From the NCBI GenBank assembly GCA_016187335.1, contig JACPJW010000001.1:608001-672000 (forward strand): DNA of 64,000 nt, written 5' to 3'. How positions within the stretch are numbered: position 1 is the first letter of the stretch; each line of letters starts with the position of its first letter. The stretch is from Candidatus Aenigmatarchaeota archaeon. Lineage in GTDB: Archaea; Aenigmatarchaeota; Aenigmatarchaeia; GW2011-AR5. Below, piece by piece: positions 45,546 to 54,629 of this stretch. The notes under the pieces are model-generated. The model was not told the DNA's origin and searched no databases. It saw only the letters and a list, made by a program, of their open reading frames with translations. The translations under genes were made by a program, and so were the position numbers.

Positions 45546-46649
45546 ATGAACGGAGGTGTTCGCATGAGATGGATCGCAGGGCTGCTGATGGCTTTGCTCA
45601 TTGCAATGCCGCTGGCAGTCGCTGACGAATTGGACGGACAGGCAACTGTCAAAGGAAACGCCGCTTCTGCCATGGACCTCAGGTTCAGGCAGATGGGCGA
45701 AGGATTCGGCGACTTTGTCTTTCACGTCAAGGCATTTCTGACGTTCGACGAGAAGGCAAAGGTTGAGCTGATGAAGGAAAGGAACGCGGATCTGCAGGCA
45801 AGGCAGGAGGCATGGCTTGAGACAAAAGCAGATGCGCTTGCCAGGTTCAGGTCAGAGAATCTGACAGCCGAGCAGAAACAGGAAGTCATCGGCGTCATCC
45901 AGGCCGAGCACGAGGCCATAATAAAGGAGCATCTGAAAACGACCGAGGAAATCAGGGAGATGCAGCTGAAGGCCAAGGCACGCGGCGACGCTGAGCTTGA
46001 AAGCAGGGCAGAAGCGGCTGCCAGATCAGCTGAGGCATCCCGTCTTTCCGTTGGGCTGAAATTAGTCGGCGACGGAGCATCTGACGGCATGCTCAAGCTC
46101 AAGGTGAAGATGGTCGCAGACGGGGACGGCGAAGCCAGTGCAGTGACAGCCGAGGAAGCCCAGGCCATGGTCGAGAATGAGTTCGACATCGGGGCGACGA
46201 CCGTTACAACAGTGACTGAAGGCGGCAGGACGGTCTTTGTCGTGACAGGCAGTGAAACGGAAACCGAAGGCAGGTTTGTCATGACAAAGGAAATAACAGC
46301 AAAAGTCGACGCGGAAACAGGAGCCGTGACTTCGGTTGACTTCGATGCCCACTTCCAGACCACGGCTGAAGGGAATGCAAGCGTGAACAGCTCTGGATGC
46401 AGAGGATTCCTCTGCCTGGGAATAGGCATTTCCAGCGAAGCCGAAGCTGAGTCTGAAGCTGAATCAAGCGGTAGTGCCCAAGCTGGCGGCGGAGCTTCGT
46501 CAGAGGAAAGCGCCCAAGCTAGCGGTGGCGCGCATGCTTCGGCTAACGCAGGAGTCAGCGGCGGCTCCAGCATAGGAGGCCAGAGCAACGGCGCTTCTGC
46601 AGGCGGAAGCGGCAATGCCGGCAGCAGAATCAGCGTAAGAATCGGCTGA
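45546..46649 (+). CDS. Secreted coiled-coil protein with PepSY-like segment and Gly/Ser/Ala-rich tail
   Basis: Signal peptide MRWIAGLLMALLIAMPLAVA, AFLTFDEKAK (DUF5667-like, tentative), low-complexity C-terminus. Confidence 0.8.
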   Translation: MNGGVRMRWIAGLLMALLIAMPLAVADELDGQATVKGNAASAMDLRFRQMGEGFGDFVFHVKAFLTFDEKAKVELMKERNADLQARQEAWLETKADALARFRSENLTAEQKQEVIGVIQAEHEAIIKEHLKTTEEIREMQLKAKARGDAELESRAEAAARSAEASRLSVGLKLVGDGASDGMLKLKVKMVADGDGEASAVTAEEAQAMVENEFDIGATTVTTVTEGGRTVFVVTGSETETEGRFVMTKEITAKVDAETGAVTSVDFDAHFQTTAEGNASVNSSGCRGFLCLGIGISSEAEAESEAESSGSAQAGGGASSEESAQASGGAHASANAGVSGGSSIGGQSNGASAGGSGNAGSRISVRIG

Positions 46650-46728
46650 GAAATTTATCTTTTCTTTTTTCATTTTTCTTTTTTAATGAAAATAAAAGAA
46701 AAAAACAAAGAATAAACATAAACAGAAT

Positions 46729-46764
46729 TTATCTTTTTTCTCTTCTTGCTGCTTTTCGTGCCAT
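46729..46764 (-). CDS. 11-aa basic micropeptide MARKAARREKR
   Basis: GAGGTGA RBS, upstream CTTTATAAA box. Confidence 0.45.
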   Translation of the reverse strand: MARKAARREKR

Positions 46765-46857
46765 TTAAATCACCTCTTGGTTAATTGAGAGAATTAATGA
46801 TAACCAAAGGCAGTTTATAAAGTATTCTGTGATGCAGAATAGATTTTCTCGGAAAAG

Positions 46858-47793
46858 TTATCTGATTTTTCCCGCCAGCCGCAGCATCAGCGCCTTCTGC
46901 GCGTGCATGCGGTTCTCCGCCTGGTCAAAGACGATGCTCTGCCTGCTGTCCATCACGTCGTCGGTGACTTCCTGGCCGCGCTTGGCAGGGAGGCAGTGCA
47001 TGAACAGGGCGTTCTTTTTGGCATGCTTCATTAGCGGCACGTTAACCTTATAGGGCCTGAAAATCCTTTCGCGCTCCTTTTCCTGTTCAGCCGGGATGTG
47101 ATAGCTCATCCAGCTGTCCGTATACACTACGTCAGCGCTTTCGACGGCTTCCTTCGCATCATTTGTAATCAGGATTTTACTGCCGGATTTTGCAGCAAGC
47201 CTTTTCGCTTCGGCAACGATTTTCTTGTCAGGCTCGTAGTCTTTTCCTTTCGGCGAAGCCACTGCTATGTTCATGCCGGCAATGGAGCAGCCCAAAAGCA
47301 ATGAATGCGTTGTGTTATTAAGTCCGTCACCTAGGTAAGCTAATTTTCCCTTCAGGGCGCCTTTCTTTTCCTGTATTGTCATCAGGTCGCTAAGGATCTG
47401 GCAGGGATGCTCGCGGTTGCTCATCGCGTTTATCACAGGTATGCTGGCGTTGGCAGCCATTTCTTCTATCTGCCTGTGGTCGTAAAGCCTTGCCATGATC
47501 ATGTCGCAATAGCGTTCCGTGGTTTTTGTGAAGTCCTTTACTGACTCTTTCTTGCCCAGTGTTGACTGGGCAATGTCGTAATATATCGCATGCCCGCCCA
47601 GCTGGGTCATGCCTGCCTCGAAAGAAACCCTTGTCCTGAGGGACGGCGCCTCGAAGAGCATGAAAAGCGTCTTGTTCCTGAGATTTTGCGAATATTTTTC
47701 CGGGTTCTTTTTTATTTCCAGCGCCTTCTTTATCAGGAACTCTATTTCCTTCTTTGACAAATCCGCTATGGACAGGAAATGCCGCGTTTTCAT
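46858..47793 (-). CDS. arcB: Ornithine carbamoyltransferase, probably catabolic
   Basis: PSLRTR, HPCQ, YTDSWMSY, MHCLP; in operon with arcC and arcE. Confidence 0.9.
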   Translation of the reverse strand: MKTRHFLSIADLSKKEIEFLIKKALEIKKNPEKYSQNLRNKTLFMLFEAPSLRTRVSFEAGMTQLGGHAIYYDIAQSTLGKKESVKDFTKTTERYCDMIMARLYDHRQIEEMAANASIPVINAMSNREHPCQILSDLMTIQEKKGALKGKLAYLGDGLNNTTHSLLLGCSIAGMNIAVASPKGKDYEPDKKIVAEAKRLAAKSGSKILITNDAKEAVESADVVYTDSWMSYHIPAEQEKERERIFRPYKVNVPLMKHAKKNALFMHCLPAKRGQEVTDDVMDSRQSIVFDQAENRMHAQKALMLRLAGKIR

Positions 47794-49118
47794 CGTTTAA
47801 CCTTCCTTGCAAAGGCGTCTAAAATCCTGTCAAATTCTTTTGGCGCGTCGAGCTCATACTCCACGCTGATGACGGGCTTGTTTATCCTGATCAGTTTTGC
47901 CAGGTTTATCGGCGTTGCTTCCACGACAAAATCGCATTTCGCGCGGTTTATTGTTTTTTCCAGCTCGCCTATCTGCTTTCTGCTGTAGCCCATGGCGGGA
48001 AGAATTTTTTTCAGGTGAGGATATTTTTGGTAAACTTTCTTTATGGAGCCGGCGGCATGCCGGGAAGCGTCTATGATTTTCGCCCCGTGCCTTTCCGCGA
48101 CTATGGCTCCTGCGCCGAACGCCATCCCGCCGTGGGTGAGCGTGGGGCCGTCCTCCACTACAAGGACTTTCTTGCCCCTTATGGCTTCCGCTTTGTCGGC
48201 TGTAAGCTTCATGTCCGTTTTGATTATCCTTGCCTTGGGGTTCGCTTTCTCCGAGTTTTCAATGACAAGGCGGATGTTTTTCTTCGGCGCCGTTCCCGTC
48301 TTGCTTATCAGTATGACATCAGCCGCGCGCAGGTTCGCCTCGCCGGGATGGTAGCTTATCTCGTGCCCAGCCCTGTGCGGGTCCGCTATTGTTATGTGCA
48401 GGTCCGGCTTGAAAAAAGGCAGGTCGTTGTTTCCGCCGTCCCACAGGATGACGTCCGCCTCCTTCTCGGCAATACGCAGTATTTTCTCGTAATCAACGCC
48501 TGCGAAAACGACCACGCCTCTCCGGATGTAAGGCTCGTATTCCTCCCTTTCCTCTATGGTGCATTTGTGCTTCTGGAAATCCTCGTATTTTTCGAACCGC
48601 TGCACTTCTTCCTCAGCAAGATTCCCGTAAGGCATCGGATGGCGCACTGCCACGACCCTGACCTTTTTCTCCAGCAGGTAGTTCACCACGTACCTGCTTG
48701 TCGGGCTTTTGCCGGCGCCTGTCCGGACAGCGCAGACAGCGATGACAGGCTTGCTGGACTTGAGGGCTGTCGAGCCCATCCCAAGAAGGATGAAGTCCGC
48801 TCCGTTTGCCAGCGCAATGGACGCCCTGTGCATAACCTCCTCGTGACTGATGTCAGAATAAGAAAAAACAACCTTGTCAACCTTGTGCTTCCTTATCAGC
48901 GCTGCGAGATCGCTTTCAGGATAAATGGGAATTCCCTTCGGATATAACCGCCCTGAAATCTTCGGCGGGTAGATCCTGCCTTCTATATCCGGTATCTGGG
49001 CGGCGGTAAATGCAACAACCTTGTAATACCTGTTATTGCGGAAATAAGTGTTGAAGTTGTGGAAGTCCCGGCCCGCCGCGCCCATTATGATAACTCTTTT
49101 CTGTTTCATGACTGTCAT
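47790..49118 (-). CDS. arcE: Arginine synthetase ArcE-like P-loop protein (COG2403 family)
   Basis: IMGAAGRDFHNFN, AQIPDIEGR, RTGAGKS, RHPMPYG, DGGNND; lies between arcC and arcB. Confidence 0.85.
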   Translation of the reverse strand: MTVMKQKRVIIMGAAGRDFHNFNTYFRNNRYYKVVAFTAAQIPDIEGRIYPPKISGRLYPKGIPIYPESDLAALIRKHKVDKVVFSYSDISHEEVMHRASIALANGADFILLGMGSTALKSSKPVIAVCAVRTGAGKSPTSRYVVNYLLEKKVRVVAVRHPMPYGNLAEEEVQRFEKYEDFQKHKCTIEEREEYEPYIRRGVVVFAGVDYEKILRIAEKEADVILWDGGNNDLPFFKPDLHITIADPHRAGHEISYHPGEANLRAADVILISKTGTAPKKNIRLVIENSEKANPKARIIKTDMKLTADKAEAIRGKKVLVVEDGPTLTHGGMAFGAGAIVAERHGAKIIDASRHAAGSIKKVYQKYPHLKKILPAMGYSRKQIGELEKTINRAKCDFVVEATPINLAKLIRINKPVISVEYELDAPKEFDRILDAFARKVKR

Positions 49119-50041
49119 CTCATTATCGTCGTCCCGGCGGCGCCTTTCAATGCTTTTTCGGCAAGCTCCGGTTTCGTTATGATAACCTTCTTGCCGCCTG
49201 ACGACAAAAAGTTTATGGCAGCAGAGATTTTAGGTCCCATGCTTCCGGCAGGGAAATGTCCTTCTTCCATATACTGCCGTGCTTTTTTTGCTGTTATTTT
49301 GTTCAGGAATCTTTGCCCGGGTTTTCCGTAATTAATGGCGACTTTCGGAACGTCCGTGAGGATCATCATAATGTCAGCTGATATCTGTTTTGCAAGCAGA
49401 GCGGACGCAAGGTCTTTATCAATGACGGCATCAATGCCCTTCAGTTCATTGCCGGGCCTGTAAACAGGGATGCCTCCGCCGCCGCATGCTATGGCAATCA
49501 CGCCGCTTTTTACAAGCTTGTTTATGGCAGAAGCTTCCACAATTTCTTTCGGCCGCGGCGATGCGACAACGCGCCGGTATCCGCCATGAACGTCCTTTGC
49601 AATAACAAAGCCCTTTCCGCGCAGCAGCATTGCCTGCAGCCGCGTGTAGTAAGGTCCTACAGGCTTTGTCGGGTTCCTGAAAGCCGGGTCGTTTTTGCTG
49701 ACAACGACCTGCGTCAGGACTGTTGAGACACTCTTTCTTATCCCTTTCCTGCGCAGCTCGTTTTCAAGGCACTGCTGTATCATGTACCCCATCTCGCCCT
49801 GCGACTGCGCGACGGCTGAGTGCAGGGGCAGTTCGTAAGCCTGCTTTTTGGCAGCTTCGCTTCGCAAGAGAATGGCGCCTACCTGCGGTCCGTTGCCGTG
49901 AGTTATAACAAGAGAAAACTTCTTTGCCAGAGGCGTGATGTGCCTCATCGCGCGCGCAGTATTTCTGAATTGCGTAGCTATATCAGGCTTGTCCTTCTTC
50001 CGCAGGATTGCATTGCCGCCCAGTGCGATGACTAAGAGCAT
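49115..50041 (-). CDS. arcC: Carbamate kinase
   Basis: IALGGNA, THGNGPQVG, CGGGGIPV, VIDKD, GSMGPK. Confidence 0.95.
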   Translation of the reverse strand: MLLVIALGGNAILRKKDKPDIATQFRNTARAMRHITPLAKKFSLVITHGNGPQVGAILLRSEAAKKQAYELPLHSAVAQSQGEMGYMIQQCLENELRRKGIRKSVSTVLTQVVVSKNDPAFRNPTKPVGPYYTRLQAMLLRGKGFVIAKDVHGGYRRVVASPRPKEIVEASAINKLVKSGVIAIACGGGGIPVYRPGNELKGIDAVIDKDLASALLAKQISADIMMILTDVPKVAINYGKPGQRFLNKITAKKARQYMEEGHFPAGSMGPKISAAINFLSSGGKKVIITKPELAEKALKGAAGTTIMR

Positions 50042-50205
50042 AAGCTATATTTTTAAGGGCGGTATAAATAAGGTTTTAAGAGAAATTAAAAGAGTAAAAA
50101 GATGAACATCTATATTGAAGTGATCGTGATGCCCCGCCAATTTATAATTCTCCGAGCGAAACAAATTCTAGATTATTCTACGGCAGCGTCTGTTCCAGAG
50201 AAGAT

Positions 50206-50625
50206 TTGATAGAGGATCATATTAGTAGGCATAAATTAGATTTGACGGCTTCGCAGTATCTGGAAATAGCTGATCTTGCGGTTAGAAACGGACTTAACGG
50301 TCCAGTATCGGTTGTGCATTACAATGGCAGGAATTACAGGGTAGTCATAAATGGATTCATTGAACACGACGGCCATGAATACAGAATTGTGCGCAGCATA
50401 GTAAATGTTGGGGCTAAAGCTGATCCCTATCCGGGTTATGAGATAAACATAAGAGTAGTTCAGGGCCCTAGATTCGTAAAACCTGATTTTCCTGAATGGA
50501 GTAAGGAATCAATTAAACAACTCGTTCAGCAACTCGAAGCTGAATATAGCAAAAATAATAGGAAAAAAGCAACTTACGAATTTTGCTGGCCCGTCCATTA
50601 TTTTGTTAGAATCCGGAAAAAGTGA
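50206..50625 (+). CDS. Hypothetical protein
   Basis: 139-aa AT-rich ORF with TTG start. Confidence 0.45.
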   Translation: MIEDHISRHKLDLTASQYLEIADLAVRNGLNGPVSVVHYNGRNYRVVINGFIEHDGHEYRIVRSIVNVGAKADPYPGYEINIRVVQGPRFVKPDFPEWSKESIKQLVQQLEAEYSKNNRKKATYEFCWPVHYFVRIRKK

Positions 50626-50630
50626 AAAAG

Positions 50631-50867
50631 CTACGCCTTCACCTTCAGCGCCTTCTCCAGCGCAGGGCGATCAAAGCCAACAATAATCTTGCCGTCCACG
50701 TCGATTACGGGGACGCCCATCTGGCCGCTTTTCTCAATCATTTCTTCGGCGGCTTTCTCGTCCAGCTCGACGTTCACTTCCTCGTATTTCACGCTGTTCT
50801 TCTTGAAGAAGTCTTTAGCCATGTTACAGTAAGGGCAGTGGGTCGTCGTGTAGATTTTTACGTGCAT
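50631..50867 (-). CDS. Glutaredoxin/NrdH-like redoxin
   Basis: CPYC, GQMGVPVI. Confidence 0.92.
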   Translation of the reverse strand: MHVKIYTTTHCPYCNMAKDFFKKNSVKYEEVNVELDEKAAEEMIEKSGQMGVPVIDVDGKIIVGFDRPALEKALKVKA

Positions 50868-50953
50868 GAAAACACCTGATTCTCTTGTATAACAACTTTT
50901 ATTTAAAGTTTTTATTTAAGCCGTCTGCAAGCAGCAAAGCATATAAGAATTCT

Positions 50954-51883
50954 ATGGCTATTCATAATGGTCTGATGCTGAAAAACAAAGACATTATTTC
51001 TGTCCGCGACATGAGAAAAGAAGACATAGAGCTTGTTCTTGAAAAAGCAGAGGAAACGGAAAGAACCGGCAAAAGCGGCATTATGAAAGGAAAAATCCTC
51101 GCTTCCCTGTTTTTTGAGCCAAGCACGCGAACAAGGCTTTCTTTCTCTTCGGCGATGCATAGCCTTGGCGGAAACGTCATCGGCTTTGAAAGCACTGAAG
51201 GAACTTCAGTCGCCAAAGGTGAGAATCTTGCCGACACGATAAGAATGGCGAACGGCTACAGCGATCTGATTGTGATAAGGCACCCGAAAGAGGGCGCGGC
51301 GCGGTTTGCTGCTGAGCTTTCGGAAAAGCCTGTAATAAACGCGGGCGATGGCGCGAACCAGCATCCGACGCAGACGCTGCTTGATTTATACTCAATAAAG
51401 AAATTCGCCGGGGCCATAGAGGGAACTAATGTAACGCTTCTGGGCGATTTGAAGTATGGCAGGGTGATGAAATCTTTATTCTACGCGTTGTCAATGTTCG
51501 GCGCAAATATTCACCTGAGTTCGCCGAAAGGATTGGAAATGCCGCAAAGCATCGTTGAGGAAGCCAGGCAGAAGTTCGGCGCGGATATCATGCAGTCCAA
51601 TGAAATTCTGGAAGGAATAAAGGGCGCTGATGTTGTTTACGCGTGCAGGATACAGAAAGAGCGTTTTGCCGACCCTTACGAAGCCGAAAAGATGCAAAGG
51701 GAATTTCGTTTAACGCTGGAAATTCTTGAAAAGGGGAAGGATGATGTTATAATACTTCACGCCCTGCCCAAGGTGACAGAAATAGAGCCTTCTATTGACA
51801 ATACGAGGCATGCGAAATATTTTGAGCAGGCGGCGCTGGGCGTGCCCGTGAGGATGGCTCTGATAAGTTTACTGGTCGGATGA
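50954..51883 (+). CDS. pyrB: Aspartate carbamoyltransferase catalytic subunit
   Basis: FFEPSTRTR, HPTQTLLD, GDLKYGR, ILHALP. Confidence 0.95.
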   Translation: MAIHNGLMLKNKDIISVRDMRKEDIELVLEKAEETERTGKSGIMKGKILASLFFEPSTRTRLSFSSAMHSLGGNVIGFESTEGTSVAKGENLADTIRMANGYSDLIVIRHPKEGAARFAAELSEKPVINAGDGANQHPTQTLLDLYSIKKFAGAIEGTNVTLLGDLKYGRVMKSLFYALSMFGANIHLSSPKGLEMPQSIVEEARQKFGADIMQSNEILEGIKGADVVYACRIQKERFADPYEAEKMQREFRLTLEILEKGKDDVIILHALPKVTEIEPSIDNTRHAKYFEQAALGVPVRMALISLLVG

Positions 51884-51889
51884 TGCCTT

Positions 51890-52339
51890 ATGGAAAAAGA
51901 ATTTCTTGTCAGGAAAATAGAGAACGGCACGGTTATTGACCATATACCTGCTGGGAGCGGGCTGAAAGTCGCGTATATTCTGGACCTTAACGAAAATGAC
52001 AGCTGTTTTGTTGTGCTTGCAAATGTGCTGAGCAGCAAAATGGGCAAGAAGGATATTGTGAAAATAGAGAACAAAGAGCTGGATAAGAGAGAGGCGGACA
52101 GGATATCCCTGATGGCTGCCGGTGCCACTCTGAACACCATAAGGGAATCGGCTGTTGTGGAAAAAAGGGAATTATCCTTGCCCGAAATGCTTGAGGAAAT
52201 AATAAGCTGCCCGAACACGAACTGCATCACGAACTGCGAGCACGCCATGAGCAGGTTTTCTGTGGAAAGCAGGCAGCCGCTGAAGATCCGCTGCCATTAC
52301 TGCGAGCGCGTTTTCGGTTCTGGCGAAATTTCTGTGTAA
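51890..52339 (+). CDS. pyrI: Aspartate carbamoyltransferase regulatory subunit
   Basis: IENGTVIDHI, CPNTNCIT, CHYCE. Confidence 0.95.
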   Translation: MEKEFLVRKIENGTVIDHIPAGSGLKVAYILDLNENDSCFVVLANVLSSKMGKKDIVKIENKELDKREADRISLMAAGATLNTIRESAVVEKRELSLPEMLEEIISCPNTNCITNCEHAMSRFSVESRQPLKIRCHYCERVFGSGEISV

Positions 52340-52375
52340 CTGACAATTAATAATTTGCAGTTGCATTATAATTTT

Positions 52376-53062
52376 ATGAAAAGCCCCAAAATATGGGTAG
52401 AATCTGTCCACAATAAATCAGCAATAGCGGAAAAAATAAGGAAAGCGGGATTCAGGATAGACAGGAAAAACCCTGATTTCGTTCTTACTTACGGCGGCGA
52501 CGGGGCCATCCTTGCAGCAGAATGGAAATATCCCGGCGTGCCCAAGATTCCTGTCAGGAAAAGCATGATATGCAGCAAGTGCGACTACTACGATGTCGCT
52601 GATCTGGGCACTGTGCTGAGGAAATTGAAAAAGGGCAGCTTTAGGATATCAGCAACCCCGAAAGTCGAGGCAATTTTCAGGAAAAAATCTGTCATAGGCC
52701 TTAACGAAGTGCAGGTGCGCAACAAGGACCCGCGCCGTGCGCTTCGTTTTCTTCTGAACGTGGACGGAAAATCCATGCAGTTCATAGCTGACGGCATTGT
52801 AGCGGCAACCCCTTACGGCTCTACCGCTTATTACAAGTCGCTTGGCTACGAGCCCTTTGGCAGCGGCATAAGAATAGGCCTGAACAATCCTGCAGGGCTT
52901 CGCCGGTATTTTGTTGTAAAGAAAACAGCGAAGATAAGGATATCGCGCGAGCGTGCGCTGCTTGCAGCTGATAACCAGAGCAGGATTCATGGGCTGAAAG
53001 AAGGCGACACTGTTCTTGTCAGGGAATCCAAACAAAGGGCACGATTTGTAAGGTTTTTGTGA
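52376..53062 (+). CDS. nadK: NAD kinase
   Basis: GGDG, LNEV, DGIVAATPYGSTAY. Confidence 0.88.
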   Translation: MKSPKIWVESVHNKSAIAEKIRKAGFRIDRKNPDFVLTYGGDGAILAAEWKYPGVPKIPVRKSMICSKCDYYDVADLGTVLRKLKKGSFRISATPKVEAIFRKKSVIGLNEVQVRNKDPRRALRFLLNVDGKSMQFIADGIVAATPYGSTAYYKSLGYEPFGSGIRIGLNNPAGLRRYFVVKKTAKIRISRERALLAADNQSRIHGLKEGDTVLVRESKQRARFVRFL

Positions 53063-53066
53063 TAAA

Positions 53067-54296
53067 TTAAGCTTGGGAAGACCCACCGTTTTGATTGAAC
53101 TTTTCTGAAAAGTTCAGTCTTTCCTTTTCCGCCTCATCCATAGAGGTTTCCTCTTCCGGCATATCTGATTTTTTCTGGCGTTTTTCCATGGCTTTTCTCA
53201 CGCGTTTCATTGCCAGTTCCATTGCAGCCTCGCGTGGCGCCATCCTGATCTTCTTCGCGTGCTTCAGGACTTTTTTTGTGTTCGCAGTTATCTTTTCCTT
53301 TACAAGGTCAAACATGTTCTGGGGATTCAGGCCTTTGTATTCCGCATAGCTTGATATCACGCCTCCGGCGTTAGCGACAAAATCAGGCACAACAAGGATG
53401 CCCTTTTCGTGAAGTTTTGCCTCGATTTCAGGCGTCATGGGTATGTTGGCTCCTTCCACAACGAGCTTTGCCTTTATCCCGTCAACGTTCTTTTCGTTTA
53501 TGACATCCGGAAGCGCCGCGGGTATCAGTATATCAACATCGAGCAGAAACAGTTCCTCGTTCTTCAAAACCTGGCCGGGCCTGTAATTTACCACGGATCC
53601 TGTCTGCTGCTTCACTTCGGAAAGCTCTTCGATGCCAAGGCCCTGGTCGTTGTATATGCAGCCTTTTGAATCCGATGTTGCTACAATCCTCGCGCCCATC
53701 TCGGAAAAGTGCTTTGCCGCGAACGAGCCGACGTTGCCAAATCCCTCTATTGCTATTTTCGCCCCCTTAAGGTCTATTTTTGCGAAGCCGGCTGCTACCG
53801 CTGTTGCGTGGGCAACACCGAATCCCGTGGAGCCGTATTCATGGGGTATGCCGCATTTCTCGCCGGGCTTCACGCACATGTTTGCCGGTTTTCCCGTGCA
53901 GGATTTCCACGAGCCGTTTGCTTCCGCGTACCAGCGCATTTCTTCCTCGGCAATGTTCACATCAGGCGCAGCTATGTATTGCCTGGGCGAAAGAGGTTTG
54001 AGCGCAATTGCAAAGGCTTCGACAACCGCTTTTTTCTGCTCTTTGCTCATATTTTTCGGGTCGGCGATAATGCCGGATTTCGCCCCGCCGAAAGGAAGCC
54101 CTGCTAACGAGCACTTCCACGTCATCGTTCGCGCAAGCCTGAAGACCTCATCCTTGTCCACAGTAGGCGTCATCCTTATGCCGCCTTTTCCGGGACCTAA
54201 AGCGGTGTTGTCTATAACAAGAACGCCGCGCATCTTAGTTTTGGGGTCGTAGACCTCCACGATCTTTTCCGGCCCGAATTCGTCGTGTAGAATCAT
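53067..54296 (-). CDS. gdhA: Glu/Leu/Phe/Val dehydrogenase, probably glutamate dehydrogenase
   Basis: GPGKGGIR, MTWK, GGAKSG, APDV, EGFGNVG, EGAN, VANAGGV. Confidence 0.9.
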   Translation of the reverse strand: MILHDEFGPEKIVEVYDPKTKMRGVLVIDNTALGPGKGGIRMTPTVDKDEVFRLARTMTWKCSLAGLPFGGAKSGIIADPKNMSKEQKKAVVEAFAIALKPLSPRQYIAAPDVNIAEEEMRWYAEANGSWKSCTGKPANMCVKPGEKCGIPHEYGSTGFGVAHATAVAAGFAKIDLKGAKIAIEGFGNVGSFAAKHFSEMGARIVATSDSKGCIYNDQGLGIEELSEVKQQTGSVVNYRPGQVLKNEELFLLDVDILIPAALPDVINEKNVDGIKAKLVVEGANIPMTPEIEAKLHEKGILVVPDFVANAGGVISSYAEYKGLNPQNMFDLVKEKITANTKKVLKHAKKIRMAPREAAMELAMKRVRKAMEKRQKKSDMPEEETSMDEAEKERLNFSEKFNQNGGSSQA

Positions 54297-54379
54297 ATCA
54301 TCACGAGTAATTATTGCTCAGGCGATTAATAAGTTTGCCTGCGGATGCCTTGCAATAAAAAATTAAAAGAAATCGGTTA

Positions 54380-54463
54380 TCAGTGGTTTTCCTTGTTGTG
54401 CTTGTCCAGCTCCTTCCTGTCTTTGAAAGACATGCCGCACATCCTGCACTCAGCCATAGCCAT
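54380..54463 (-). CDS. 27-aa stand-alone C2H2 zinc-finger microprotein
   Basis: MAMAECRMCGMSFKDRKELDKHNKENH = C-x2-C-x3-F-x5-L-x2-H-x4-H; AGGTGA RBS. Confidence 0.75.
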   Translation of the reverse strand: MAMAECRMCGMSFKDRKELDKHNKENH

Positions 54464-54549
54464 GTTATCACCTAATTAGTTGAGGCGGGCAGAACTTTAT
54501 AAGATTCTTTACGCCGAACAAAAATCCGGTTTCTTGGATAAAATTCTGC

Positions 54550-54627
54550 TTACATCTTGCCGCAGCAGTCTTTGTACTTCTTGCCTGAGCCGCAGACGCA
54601 TCTGGCATTAGGGTCCATTTTCTTCAT
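54550..54627 (-). CDS. 25-aa stand-alone SEC-C motif microprotein
   Basis: MKKMDPNARCVCGSGKKYKDCCGKM; GGGGTG RBS. Confidence 0.8.
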   Translation of the reverse strand: MKKMDPNARCVCGSGKKYKDCCGKM

Positions 54628-54629
54628 GA

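Noticed and set aside
47790-49118. Cyclic 2,3-diphosphoglycerate synthetase
   Set aside because: Same family, but the position between carbamate kinase and OTC and the GAAGRDFHNFN N-terminus favour ArcE
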